This document shows positions 1-13,460 of a DNA stretch of 64,000 bases, piece after piece; position 1 is the stretch's first letter; the number at the start of each line of letters is the position of its first letter. A model generated the notes under the pieces. That model was not told the origin of the DNA, made no database searches, and worked only from the letters and a program-made list of their open reading frames with translations. Origin of the DNA: Lingula anatina (taxonomy: Eukaryota; Animalia; Brachiopoda); the NCBI GenBank assembly GCA_051362555.1, contig CM120640.1, positions 70,658,788 to 70,722,787 of the forward strand, written 5' to 3'. Both the position numbers and the translations under genes were made by a program.

Positions 1-832
1 ATGGCTAGAATTAAGTGTCTGAAAGCTGTTGGTCGCAGATGAAAGTTGATTACGTGTAATTGGCGAGGTGATGTTCCTGCACGCGAATGGTTAATTATCT
101 GCAACGTAACAGATGCCAGGTGTCAGGTGGGGCAGTTAAGTTGGGGTAGTCAGGTGAGGTGTTCAAAATGGGGTGGTCAGGGGGTGGTTAAGAGGGGGTA
201 GTCACATGTGGCCGTCAACAGGGGTAGTCAGGTTGGGGGGGGGGGGCAACTGTGGGCAAAAACAGCTAGCAGCAAGCAGTGTTGACAAGTCATAAAATGT
301 GTTGCCCAAATCTCTGTCATGTCTGCGTCACTATATTAAAATCGTGCTCTTTGATTTTGAATACACTTCTTAAAGTGTGATTCTCTGATCCATGATTGTT
401 TATACGACTTCCCAATTGTTTCTCCTCCCATACCATGTTTTCTCCAAACCAAATCACATTTGTTTTAGGGTCGCTTTACTTGAGGAAGCAATGTTGAAAA
501 TGCAAACGGAGAGACAGCTGAAAATAGTTAATTCAAAGATATTATAATAAAACAGTTTCGAGTTGAGTTCCGATATATTGATTCACTTTGGATAAATGGC
601 GATTATCGAAATGCAAAAAGAAAAAATCCTGAGCCTGAAATATAGTGACCACCACAAAACAGTCAAATCCCGCAAAAATACCCATTGTTACCATACGTTA
701 GCACTTGCTTTAGGCTTAACATACCATTCCTGATATCTTACACTATATCACGTTCGATGGGTCTTAATTTAACGGAGGAATCGAGAAATTGGGAATACCA
801 TATAAAGGCAGTACAACAGATTGACGTAAAAA

Positions 833-970
833 ACAAGCGATTTAAATGTTATGTTTAGTCACAACTAAATCTTCATATTACTTGATAATTTTAACCTGAA
901 AGACAAGCGATTTAAATGTTATGTTTAGTCTCAACTAAATCGTCATATTTCTTGATAATTTTCAACCTGA
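833..970. repeat. Tandem duplication, ~70 bp x2
   Basis: ACAAGCGATTTAAATGTTATGTTTAGTC...AACCTGA at 833 and 903. Confidence 0.9.
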
Positions 971-1724
971 CAGGGCCACTTCATCGAATTTTGAGGTTTG
1001 ACTCTGAATACAATTTTAATTGCGAACCGTGCTCAATACAAAATGTAATTATTGATTCACTAATTTGAATTTTGTTACGGTTGTCATTTAGCAAACATAT
1101 CGAACTACATTCATAAAGCTGACGTAATGCCATTCTTAAACTTGCAATTGGCACCAAAAATTGCTTACTAGTACCTTGATTCACTACTACACATTATTTA
1201 CCACTGTCTGCAAAATATGAACGCCGTTTGGAGTGAGTATGGAGTGAACTATTTCATTGGACGATCACTAGCATACTACAGTTACGGATCATGGGAAATC
1301 CACGCTCATTAGCCGCGGCTTCCCCAGGACCCTCGAATGTAGCCGCCTGGTCACGGGTCACTGGTCACTGGTCACCTCCTGGAGAAACCACCGTCATTGA
1401 AAAGTAAATTACAACTAGTTCTATTGTTGTGGGAGCGCCAACTATCGCCATATACTTCTGTATCAGACACGGCTGGAGTGGTGCCTTCTTTTCCGAGGAA
1501 GATTTCCTTGAAGTGTCCTGCAATGGTCGCACGTACTCGAGGAGGATAATTAAATGATAAGGTTGCCTCAGTTTTCAAAGTGTACAAAACTGGTACGTTG
1601 AAAATGTAAGCAATAGCCAAGAGACCCGGGCTGGATATATCTGTAGATGACACTGCTGCAGTGAGAGGTGCCAAACCGGAAGAAGGAAAATGGTAACTGT
1701 GCGTGGTGATGAGAAGGGTGCCAA

Positions 1725-1784
1725 GCTGGAAGTTGACATAGTCCCGGGAACCCGTCACAACCTGGGACTATGTAAACTTACAGC
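1725..1784. repeat. Short dispersed palindrome, copy 1 (arms ~24 bp, 12-bp spacer)
   Basis: GCTGGAAGTTGACATAGTCCCGGG ... CCTGGGACTATGTAAACTTACAGC; related copies at 2921, 13263, 15101. Confidence 0.8.
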
Positions 1785-2344
1785 GCGAGACCTCCTATGT
1801 CTGTGTACATCTCCTATGTCTGTGTACATCTTCTAAGTCTGTCTACACCTTCTTTACCTCTAGTGTAATAACAAGTTTTATAGGATCCCAAACTGTGGAT
1901 GCTAGATGCAAAAAATGCGGATTCCTAAGTAAAAACGAATGCCAAAATATCAGTAAATTCTGGCGAAAATCACTGGCGCACTTAATTCAGATTAATTTGG
2001 CGTTTTCTCGGAATAAAGGTAATATTTGGGTCTATAAGATTCAACCTGACGTTTTACAACATCGAAATCTAAACAAATTGGAGCCACAAGTTGTTAAGTT
2101 TTTTGAGACGCAAAATATTCTGCATAATACAGACGGAAAATGTTGCTTATATATGCAGCTACATTTTGCGGTCACGGTTTTAATTTTTCCTGTCACCGCA
2201 GGAATTGTGTTGCATTTATTTTCTAAAAAAAGATAAAATAGAAGTACGTCATATACACGTGATACCTTTAAAGTCTTCAACCAGAATTTTTGTTCAATAT
2301 CTGATGCCTTCCAATTCTCTGCAGACAGTTACAAAACAAAAACC

Positions 2345-2390
<46 letters not shown>
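2345..2390. repeat. (ATA)n microsatellite
   Basis: Direct reading. Confidence 0.95.
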
Positions 2391-2391
<1 letters not shown>

Positions 2392-2722
2392 CATGAAAAC
2401 AGAAAAATATAGTTTTAAGACGGTAAAACGCGTTAAGTAAAACTTTTCCCAATCTTAGTAATAGAGATGGCACGGGCAGTTCGGGCGGTGGTGTCAACAT
2501 TGACTGGGGACAGTGACAACCCTGGGTCAATGGGACACCAACGCTCGCACTGCCCTCTACTGGTACCTTCCTTAGTAGACAGAACTTCACCGCGCAAGAT
2601 GTCAGTTCTTAGAGTGTTGATACTGTCACCACATCCAGAAACTTAACTCTTACAAACCACAAGTAGAAGGTTTTGGAACTATTAAAAGGTGTCTCCAGAC
2701 AGAAGTATTGTTATATGCTAAA

Positions 2723-2873
2723 AACTTTCACCACACCCGAAAAGATACCATTGACTTGAGTAGTATGTGTTTAAAACGTTGTTCAACTTTCACCACACCC
2801 GGAAAGACACCATTGACTTGAGTATTATGTGTTTAAAACGTTGTTCAACTTTCACCACACCCGGAAAGACACC
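2723..2873. repeat. Tandem repeat, 62 bp x ~2.4
   Basis: AACTTTCACCACACCCG.AAAGA.ACCA at 2723, 2785, 2847. Confidence 0.9.
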
Positions 2874-2920
2874 ACAGAGTAAGACATTTGAAGTGCGTTG
2901 TTATGTTGGTAAGGATTGTT

Positions 2921-2981
2921 TGTAAGTTAACGTAATCGCAAGTCGATATTTTCAAAAACCCTGGGACTACGTCAACTTACA
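2921..2981. repeat. Short dispersed palindrome, copy 2
   Basis: TGTAAGTTAACGTAATCGCAAG ... CCTGGGACTACGTCAACTTACA. Confidence 0.75.
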
Positions 2982-5297
2982 CGCAATTCATACTTCTTAA
3001 GAACCCCCAAATTCTTGTTGGTCAATTTCCACCAATCCACCTCCTCCTTGCCCCCCACTGTGCGTCGGTTACAGTCGTCTGCCTTCGTGAAAGAACAGAA
3101 CTGTCTACACTATGAACTCCCAAACATGGTATGACACATTTATCTAACAGTTACATGTAAAACGCAATTGAATGCACTACAAGTATTACTGATTGGTGCT
3201 GTTTTTAAGAGTAAATTACAATATACTAGTATTTCAAGTTTATACTCACCCCTAAAGTATATAACTTCCAGCCATCAGTGTACATCGCATATCTTTTATT
3301 GAACTTTTGGCAATTTTTAGAGCGTTTAAAGGAAAGTGAGACTAAATTAGCTAACCACAAATCAATAGGTCGGCCTGGACACTGCTTGTTGCTATTCCTT
3401 TCTTTCATGCTCGAATGCCTTCTCTTAGGATTGATGTAGAATTTTCTCTACCTAAAATGATAAAAAAACGTCCTCCTTAGAAACTTGTCGCAGAGAGGCG
3501 TAGGGGCAGTTGATTGTATTCACCAGTATTTCCGAAATTTCACAACATGGTTGTCTTCAGACGCCCACTACACTAGATAGGTATATAACGTCTGTAATTT
3601 GTTGTTAGAACTCTTCCTCTCTGTCTATATTGTGTAACTGACGTGTCCTTGTGTGACACAGGAACGTGCTACTCTCCCCTGCCACCTGGCAAGACGAAAC
3701 TGAAGAGAAAAAGTCTGTATAGATCTTTTTATAACAATCGCAGTGACATTAACTAGTGCGGAGGAAGGCAGCTGTGGACGCGCGGAGGTTATGGCGACGC
3801 CAGCTGCTCGCCTCAACCCTCATGTGTCCACCCTCCAGTCACAACACAAGCGACAGATGGGGACTCGGAGAGAACGCAGCCCGCGTTCCCCAAGTCCTGG
3901 ATCACACCGTGAATAAAAAGAGGGGAAGAGAGACGCTTCATCTCGACTTTTAGCTTTTCTGAAAAAAATGTTGAGGTCTGTTCGACCAAAATAACCGTCC
4001 GGTCCATTTGCCTGACCACCGCTATGAATGAGTCTATTTTATATCAACAGGATGATCCATGATCCTTAACCTTCAGTTTACGGTCAACGTGACACTAAAA
4101 GACTGCAAACAGTCACACTTCTCGTTGGTCTCTCGTTCTCATGAACGTTCACGTAATACTTGAGCACCAAGAGATATTCTCGTAGTAGGAAATAACTATC
4201 ACAGATGGTCTGATCGAGCGCAGTTTACAGAAAAATATCAACTCATCTATGGCAGTAGTAGCATATAATTTTTTTATGATACGTCGAATATAAATATATA
4301 AGAAAAATAAGAGCTTGTGAATATCATTCCAGCAAGAAGGAAAGCAAGATATGCAAGCTGTCGTTTAGTATATGTACATTGTATTTGTTAGTATTTGATA
4401 GATGTAAGAATCTTATAATACTACTATTTCAATTAGACCAGCCATCTAAAACTGACATTTACGTTTTTTGCAAGATTCTCCCTGTTAAAACGTGTAATGC
4501 GTAAAATAAAACGGTTTATCAACTTCTTTGCTGTCGATGAATAAATTAAAACAAGCTTACAGAGTTAATTTTAGGCCACATGTCCGCAGAATATCCGCAC
4601 CAACCCCTTGGTCCAGGATGCCATTGTGTTATATTCATTTAAGGTTTGGGTACGCGACATAACTTTTTACGGCTGATACGATACCACCGCTTTCTACAAG
4701 TGACCTTAACCATGGACTGCCGAAGATCTTTTAAATAAAATTAAATGTTTTATGAATTCCATATTCTTTCTCAACAATAAAACAAAATGCTTACGAGATA
4801 CGGGGATCGACTCAGGTTAACTGAGCGGGAAATTTCAACGTAGTGGCAATTTTTACTCCCGGTCCTAGAACTTGGAACACGGGTCTGTGGAGACAGGGGA
4901 GGAGGCAGGGAGTGCGTGTTTTTTCTTAATTACCTGTCTAGGTCGTTACTCAGTCTTAGGCTTCCGCCAATCTATCGTTAATCCATCGAGACGGTTAATT
5001 ATTTAATCACGCACAATTAGTGGCGAAGTATTTGGTTAATTTGAAGCGTCAGTTGCGCGGGGCGCCACGTGGGGACGATATAAATGACACTCAAAGCGAG
5101 CAAAGTCAAGTCAGAGAGCATAACAAAGGCGTCTTCACCAGTTACAGATGCGGATATTAAAACAGAAATAGATAAAAATGGCAAAGATCCGGAACAGAAA
5201 GCTGTTCAGTATGTTCACACTTAAGTTGCTCGGTGTAAAAATAACACAGAAATATGCACAAAATTGATTTTTTCCCCTGTTTTTAGGTAAATTTAAC

Positions 5298-5672
5298 ACC
5301 CCGTTTACAACTTGCCTACGACCACTATTTAGCAGAGCGATTTTTGACCTGCCCTCTAGGTTGGTGGCAGAGAATCGCCAAATTACACCTTAAAACCGCG
5401 TCCAAATGATCGCACCCCCCACCCACGACCGTCTCTCTTCAACTCCATCTTCGTCGGTTCCCGAGGGGAATTTCGATTTTATGAAACTGTTCAAAACACC
5501 CGCAAAATTCTTGCGAACAGTGGCCATCGCCAGAGGGCGTCATGAGGCTTGCAAGGATCCCACAAGTCTCTAGGCGAGAGATGATCGAAAATCACTCTCC
5601 AAGCGGTTGCAAGCGCGGTTCAAATGATAGGCCCATTTAAGTTGCTTTAACTGGTTAAGTGTAAACGCGGGT
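5298..5672. mobile_element. Possible PIF/Harbinger-like MITE
   Basis: Imperfect TIRs ACCCCGTTTACAACTT / AAGTGTAAACGCGGGT around a CpG-rich interior; no clean TSD seen. Confidence 0.35.
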
Positions 5673-7607
5673 AGGTGGTAAAATGGTACTTAAGGTATTG
5701 CCAGTTATACCAACGCTGGCACTTAACAAGGTGACGAAAGTAGAAAACGACGAGATTTGTAAGAGTAATCAATAATCTCGTGATCCCAGAAGTCGTAAAC
5801 GGGACATAAACCTCACTCCAACCATATTTCTTCTGGGACCACTTCCGGTCACACTCATACTTTTAGATAATACAAACTAATTTATTGTTTGTTTTTTTTT
5901 CAATATAATTATGGCCATTTTTATCTTATTTGCTGTTACAGGTTTAAGGATATGCATTTGGACAAGTATCTGTAGTCTAAGAAAGTGGTAGGCAAATTTA
6001 TACTTAAAAACCTTGACAAAGATGCCATTAAGATACGTTTTGACTTGGAGAAAGGCCTGAAAACCACATCTTTTGGTGTCAACTAAATCACTGGTACCTG
6101 ATTAACAGTTCACAATACTGCTTGGTTTCATAGTAAAATTTGAAATATTATTGACAGTGTGCCAGTTCTTAGAACCCTTGCTGCATGTATGTTTAAATAA
6201 CATAGTAGTGAAATAGTAAGGCAGACTGTCCTTTCAAAATTTCCCAAACCAATTCAATACGTCCCAAGATGAATATTGTCAAAGTTTGGACGTATTTATT
6301 AAGTTTGCTTAGGATATTGAACATCGTCAATTCAAAACAGAGTTCATCATGATCCATTATTTCACACTATTAGTTGAAATCGGTCGTGGTATTGAAATAG
6401 AAATCAGACGGCGTGCAGACATTTCAAATGCAACAACTTGTTTTAATATAAGTTACATCAGGTGTTCTTATAACTGGCAGGTGTTAGAACACTTCCTGTC
6501 AATGTATGACGCCTGACTCTCTTCAATTATACAAGGTAGGGAGGGGTAGATCACTGCGCCCCTGCATATACCTATGTGTACATTTAACACACATTTCAGG
6601 CACAGAAGACGTGAGGACCAGACGCATCAAATCTATGTGTTACCATTATAGCTTTGATTAAAATTCCATGCGGTCGAAATGATTCTACGCGAGTGACAAA
6701 AAGTTAAAAAAACATGTTGGGTTGTTTCCATGAGTATTTTCTTATTACTTGTCTAAAAAGAATAAAAGTATCATCGATTTTGTCTGATATTATTCCATAA
6801 ACCTTCCCGATCGATTGCACTTTTTAATCCGTCTAATTTTATACCCCTTATTGCATTCATAGGTTATTTATTGGAAGGCGGCCCAGTGTTTGCACACCCG
6901 CCACAGTCTGTTTGCGAGATTGCCGCCATCCCAACTAACACATTTAACGTAATTAACCACCACTTTTCTCTAATCTAATGCATTCTTATTATCTCTGTTG
7001 GAAGAATATGTCGTCAGGCAAGGTATTTTTATTACCTGTGAAAAATTAAATGCTTTTAAACCAAAGATTAATATATCCACGATTGGCCCATAAATCACAG
7101 TGCAATTCTAAATATAGCCTGCGGTCAGGCAATGACAGCGAGATGGATCACCTTTGTGTGCGGCTGCGCGGGAATTTTTTCGTGCCAGACGACACTTTTT
7201 AATCATCTAAACTTTTAATTTTGTCTCATGGGAATATTTAATACGGGATGATGATATTTCAACGTTCCACTTACTATTGTTTAAAACTTGTATGTAAATA
7301 CTATTTGATGTACAAATTTGTGTTTCAGCCTTAAAAATGGAGAACAGGTATAGCGTAAAGTATTGTTCAATTAGGCCTATTCAAAAGGTAAAGAAACTAT
7401 CCAATCATCACTGTCGTTTCTTTTTTATAATTTACATGGATATTCACATAAAACACACCTGGACACCGATTTAAGCACAGAAAGAGCATGATATCAATAG
7501 CTGGACACTTTCTACAATTGTAAAAGAATCTTCGTTTACAAGCGCGAATATAATTCCGCAATTTTCGGGGACGAAATAGCCTCGGATAAGTCACCAAACG
7601 CCCTTAC

Positions 7608-7639
7608 CTTTGAACAAGTCGTTTTCCGTAGAAGTCCAT
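7608..7639 (-). CDS. Candidate first coding exon (MDFYGKRLVQ...) of an unidentified gene running leftwards
   Basis: On - strand: TATATCAA (7704-7697), Inr-like CCAGTT ~33 nt downstream, ACACGATGG start context, then AAG|GTAAGG donor at 7607; no downstream exon identified. Confidence 0.35.
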
Positions 7640-8184
7640 CGTGTGTTTCTCCCGGTGTGTCGTGGTGAACTGGTACCGCCGTGTGCCGGGGGAGGTTTGA
7701 TATAGGCCCCCGCCCTGGTCACAAGGCTTCCCTTACATCATCTCTGCACGGGAGCAGGATGTCCCAAGGTGCCGTTTTCGCTGGCCACTGAGACCTTATC
7801 AAATGTTTGTCAGATTTATGCTCTTCCTCGTGATTTCTGACCGTCACATGGGCCCCTGTACCTCTGCTCTGTACAGCGTCCCGCGTGCTTATCGTCCCTC
7901 TATCTTGTCAGAAGTGTCAGCTGTTATGGGAAGTTAATACAAAGGCGAAGCTGGAAATGACTTTCTTTTTTGTTTAGGTGACAACTAACTTTGGAGATTT
8001 TCCCCAAGCGTTCGACGCTTTGCCTCTGGGGACGCATTACGTTCAAACTATCTGCGCTCATGCGCATTTTACGCGATTCTCGACATTCAAAACTTTCAAG
8101 TTGTTCCAAAAAAAAAGCAAGATATTTAATGTTATTCCCTTTTTTTATTTTTAAAGAAAAAATCACTATTACCATTATTCCATC

Positions 8185-8185
<1 letters not shown>

Positions 8186-8243
<58 letters not shown>
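8186..8243. repeat. (TTA)n microsatellite
   Basis: Direct reading; explains poly-Ile ORFs 7924-8319 and 7991-8299. Confidence 0.95.
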
Positions 8244-8245
<2 letters not shown>

Positions 8246-8628
8246 GAATTGTTGTTATTATTTGAAGGAAAAGGTAAACAGAGAATCGAAGTGTTTTGAA
8301 TGTTGTCTTGCGCAAACATACAAATCTTTATTTTAGTGCCTTCATCTTCTGCTGCTATACTCTATAACATTGACCTGCACACTCGGACACTGGAGCTCGG
8401 ACGCTGGATCTGTGGACACCACACGGCGCATGCGCTCACACAGACTCGTGCTTGTTTGTGCATCATGATTCAGTCAATGATCATGATATATTCTCTTGAA
8501 CAAATTCTCTTGTATCGAAATATATTCATTTATTTATGATTGAAGGCACAACGACAATCTTGACTTTGTTGCTGAATCTCATTATTTGTTGAGTACTGTT
8601 GTACTGCATTCTAAACTAACACTGCTGA

Positions 8629-8631
8629 CAA

Positions 8632-8662
<31 letters not shown>

Positions 8663-8663
8663 A
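8629..8663. repeat. (AAAT)n microsatellite
   Basis: Direct reading. Confidence 0.9.
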
Positions 8664-11471
8664 GATTTAGGGGGGAAAGTTTTGGCTCGTAGAAATTACT
8701 CAGATAGATATGTTATTCCTTTATATGCGACACCCTGAGGGGGGCACAAGGGTGGTATAGAAACCCCCTTTCATTTTTCGGTTAGGGCACTAACAACAGA
8801 AGTGAGGTCGCTTCCGTTGTCAAGGTTTTCACCTGCATTTCTCAGTCAACCGCTGAAATTTATTGACCTAAATCTGCTTATAAACATAGAAGCGATTATT
8901 TTTCTCACGCTAGTTCAAAACAGAACATTTAAAAGTCATTCCTTCTGAACATTTCATTATTTGAACTAACAAGTTTCTCACGCACAGTCATTGAAGTTGA
9001 ATATAATGTCCGCGACTCTCAGAGGTTAAAAAATGAATAACTGTCACTGCCGACTGGAGACAGACCCAGCGACCGTCCTTTCCAGGACCTCCTCGTGGTC
9101 CCCTTTAATATAGCAGGTAACTTAAGATCGTCGCTTGTTTCTGCCGGGACTTTTATATGGAGGTCCATAGGTGAACAAACGTTCCTCGATTTATGGACGA
9201 TGCGGCATTGCACCTTTATATTGCCAAGTCTATCCGGTCGCTTCAGTCTTTATGAAGTAAGAGCATTTTTTCTCGTCTTTTTTAATCTTTTCTTCACTGC
9301 TTAAGCCCTTAACCATAACCACCTTATATAGGTTTGGTGGTTTCATAGAGAACCTACCATATAACATAGACGATAATGCGTTTCCTTTTTAGGTAAATTT
9401 CTGTGATATCCACCCAGGTGAGATTTGGTGGTGTGTTGAATGGAGGAGGTCCTTTTTGAGCTCGCTCACGCTACTAGCAGTCGAGAGAATGATTTTATCT
9501 CTGTATAGGTACGCATGTTTCTTTTTGAGCCAGTAAAACAAAGAGCGCATTGAATGCAAAAATGTGAGGTGTGTAGGTACCAGGTCATCCCGCATTCTTG
9601 TGACATTTATACGTCCACCTCAATGATATGTTAGTGTGTCGGTGTGAGCTGGGTGAAACCAGCACAGAGAACACAACGCTTCAAAATTCGTGGGAATAAC
9701 CAGGACCTGCCTTTGTGTGGAAGAACGCTGAGCGTGCCTAAGGGGAGCGAGGAAATGACCTCTGACCTATAAACCTTGCTCAGCCTGTATTTATATCATG
9801 AAATTCACTCTTCATTTACATATATTCCTCCTCTGCCTACTCAGTGGTATTTATGCGGACTCGCTACATGACACTGTTCGAATGAATTAAATAGAAGCTG
9901 CAAGTTGGACCTAAACGGGAGCCGTTTATTTTGACTATCTTTCCAGTGAGAGACCCAGTCCAGTAATACTACTCCGGCACCTAGAGAGGATGTCACGTTA
10001 CAAAAGGGGCTCCGCAACCTTATCTTGTCCCCCGGGGCGTTCACAGACACTTATAGTTCATCTTAAAGCGGCAAAGATATCCAGGACGCTGAAAACAGGT
10101 GTATTTTAGTCATGCCTCGGTTCACTATTATATTCCCTTGCGACAGGAAGACAAAAGGAGGAACCGCCAAAATCAAGAAGGGGGTGTGGTGTGGTGAGAG
10201 CAGGGGTCCTCATTTATCACGTCCTCTTGTGCTGCCTCTGCCAGGTAAGTGATGAAGAGACCAATAATTATAGATGCAACGCTGATAAATGCTAAGGCGG
10301 GCCTCTTTCTCATTCCTTTAGCATGATAAGCTGGGGTATTACTTTTCTTTTCAAATAAAAAGAAACCCGGTTACATCTCATAAAATTTGCTTTCGCGCTC
10401 TTGCGTTCTTATTTTGTTTTAAATCTATTTTAGTCTAAATTGAGAATTTGGCCGCACACAAGGCATGTTTTACATTTCTACTGCTATAATTCCAGTAACA
10501 AATTACTTCCCACGTGATGCGAAATGTTTAAAAGATTTAAATGCACCAACATAAATTCTATTCTCTTATCCCATATGAACAAAAAATAAGAGCAGTATTA
10601 CGTGCTTTATACTGCTGCCTTGTGAACAACTTACTATTTTAAAATATAAAAAAATCTTGATTCCAAAATACATATAGTGTTAGCATAAAAGCATTCTATA
10701 ACCATCAGACAGGTGAGCCAGCAAAAAATTCCTATTTATTTCACAACACTCACGGCATTGAATAAAGGTGTTTGTGGTTTTCTCTCTCAGTCACGACAGT
10801 GAGGAAGAACTTCACTCTGGAGCGCCACTAATAAAATGCGATAATTAGATAAGGGACAGATTTTAATTTAATTTTTTAAATAACTGTTCATTATAAGGAA
10901 TGCAAAGTGAGTAATGTTGACCTGAGACGGTGGTAATATTTCTGTGGGATTGAATACAGCGGTTGTCCTTCGCCTCTTATCACTATGAAATAATGTGTAA
11001 CGTGCACGTGAGATGTCAAAATAATATATATCATTCTATAGGCATAAAACCGCAAGCAGGGGCACTAGAAAGGTAAGTCTTGCTCGGTCATATGAAAATT
11101 CTTCAAACGGGCCAAGTTGACATGAATTATGGCGACCTGGCTTCCACTGGTATATCAAGTACCTTTAATACTCCAAGTACATATATGCGATACTCTCTCC
11201 CAAGTACATTTCTTTGCAATTTTTTCAACCCATACCATTTTAAGTGAGTGTGACATTTTTCCATCTCATTAAATTTAATAACAAGTTATTAGATTTGCTT
11301 TATTCTTGCGCTTTATTTCATTCGCTGGTCGGCTGCACTCCTGCGTTATCTGCGCCATTTGTTTGATATATGTCCTACAAGGAGACGCTTGCTTCCCTCC
11401 TCCGCCATGAAACTATTTCAACTTTCGTCAACATATTGCTCCCTGTATGACAATATGTACTATTGTAGACT

Positions 11472-11473
11472 AT

Positions 11474-11524
<51 letters not shown>

Positions 11525-11526
11525 TT
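11472..11526. repeat. (TTTA)n microsatellite
   Basis: Direct reading. Confidence 0.9.
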
Positions 11527-13262
11527 TTAAAAGCCCTTTCGGCACAAGCTTAGGATTGTTCTCGTTGTTATTAATATTGAATTCTGTTCTCTTAAAATGT
11601 CTCCTTTTTTCACAAAAAAAATTTTGGCGTTAATTATTTATTGAAAATATGAAACTATATTTAATCCTTATGTTTTGCTAAATGACATTACCAAATATAT
11701 ATACTCATTTGTTTGACAAGTCACGTATTTGAATGCATTGCAACGATTGTCAAGGTATTCAAAAAAACAATAAACTCAGGTGCGATTCTTTTCATTTTTT
11801 GTAAGAAAAGTCCTCGAATAGTCAGTAAAATAAGGTTAAACCGTGAATCTAAAAATTTTTTTTATAATTTAGGCAATATTCAAACTTTGTAATATGTGAA
11901 TATTCAACTTTCCAAAGAGCGTGACGCTCTGTCAGCACGAGTCGGTTCAGACAGTATCCAGAGTATATTTTAAGACTCAATAGCTTCCAGATATCTCTGT
12001 TTTCTATGACTTCACATGGAGATGTCGCCTTTTAACACACCGCTAATTGTCATGCACGGTTTACATTTCCAGCATTTTTTATTTCTACCTGACTGACGAG
12101 TAAAAATACTCGAAAAAAAGTTATTCAGTATCAAGGGAAAAGAAAGAAAAAGAGAAAAAAAAGAAAGGGGACATATGAAGCAATAGTACAGATAGATACA
12201 AATTTTAATCTTGCTTTCGAATGAATATGTCATTTTTATCTTACAGAATTTGCATCTTTATTATGAAATGACCAAGCACTGTAGTATACCCAGCTTTTTT
12301 TATTTAGACGGCTTAAAATAAAGCCAAGACTTGGAAAATCCATTTCATCGGGATGCAGTGACGTTCATTTTCTCATTCCAATGTAACAGCATATGTGCAA
12401 TTATTTTATTGTTTATCATCGGTGGTGGGATATCGCAGCCGTACCATGCCTCTCGTAGTGGTGGCGGTAGCACCAATGCCTCGGGCCTCGGCAGTTTACG
12501 ACGCTTCATGCCACTAACATTGAACCTGGCCACAATAACTAGCATTTCTCGTGAGAATTCAGTGGTCCCCAAGGAGAATGAAATAAGTTTTACCTAAAAT
12601 GGTTTGATTTAGTGAAATAATGCTTTAAAAAGTAATTTCTCTGTTCTGCATTGGATAACTTACAATTCATTGACCACAGCAAAGACGAAGATGAAAATAG
12701 ATACGATGTGTATTTGAATAATGTATAGGCAATAGGCCCTCCAGACGATTTATGGCAAGTCAGCGTAAACCTATGCCAACTATGCGACCACTGCAATCCT
12801 TAGACCATATTTCATTGTTTTCATCCTCAGACTAGCCCATAGAATAATCGCCATGTTGTAATAATTCTAAAATGAAGCAGTATAGGAGTAAGTGAAGCAC
12901 TCGTTCATATTCCTTTATTTTTTAAAGGTTGTGCATTGCGTATTTGACCAAAATGATATTTGACAATATTGTGTTTGATGTGCAGAGTCTTATACTTAAC
13001 GCGTTTTTTTATTCTTAAAATTAATAATAATCAGTGTAAACTTCGTTTAATTGATATTAATGCGGCCATTGGCTGTGCTTGTCCGAGATTGTCTGGACGC
13101 AGTTTTATTGTATTCTGGTATAGAGAAAAAACGGGAATACATTATTACATTATAAAGGAAACTATCTTCCTTCGCGAGCGCGCGTGTTTGACGAGGCTTT
13201 AACTCTTACTAAGTTGGTTATTTTCTTTAACTGTTGCCATCTACCGACTTTCTTCACAACTT

Positions 13263-13318
13263 GTAAGTTAACGTAGTCCAAGGTTTAGACTTTGAAACTT
13301 GCGATTGCGATAACTTGC
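13263..13318. repeat. Short dispersed palindrome, copy 3 (inverted relative to copy 2)
   Basis: GTAAGTTAACGTAGTCCAAGG ... CTTGCGATTGCGATAACTTGC. Confidence 0.7.
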
Positions 13319-13359
13319 GGGATGCGTTGAAAGTGATCGGCGAGCAATCCACTGAGTTC

Positions 13360-13362
<3 letters not shown>

Positions 13363-13405
<43 letters not shown>

Positions 13406-13411
13406 GACACT

Positions 13412-13456
<45 letters not shown>
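13363..13456. repeat. Interrupted (GA)n microsatellite
   Basis: Direct reading. Confidence 0.95.

Positions 13457-13460
<4 letters not shown>

Noticed and set aside
1372-1758. 128-aa - strand ORF as a possible exon of the leftward gene
   Set aside because: No convincing splice sites or homology; overlaps a palindromic repeat.
7924-8319. Poly-Ile ORFs (also poly-Tyr 2294-2590, LS repeat 13285-13476, HT repeat 50847-51245)
   Set aside because: Translations of microsatellites.
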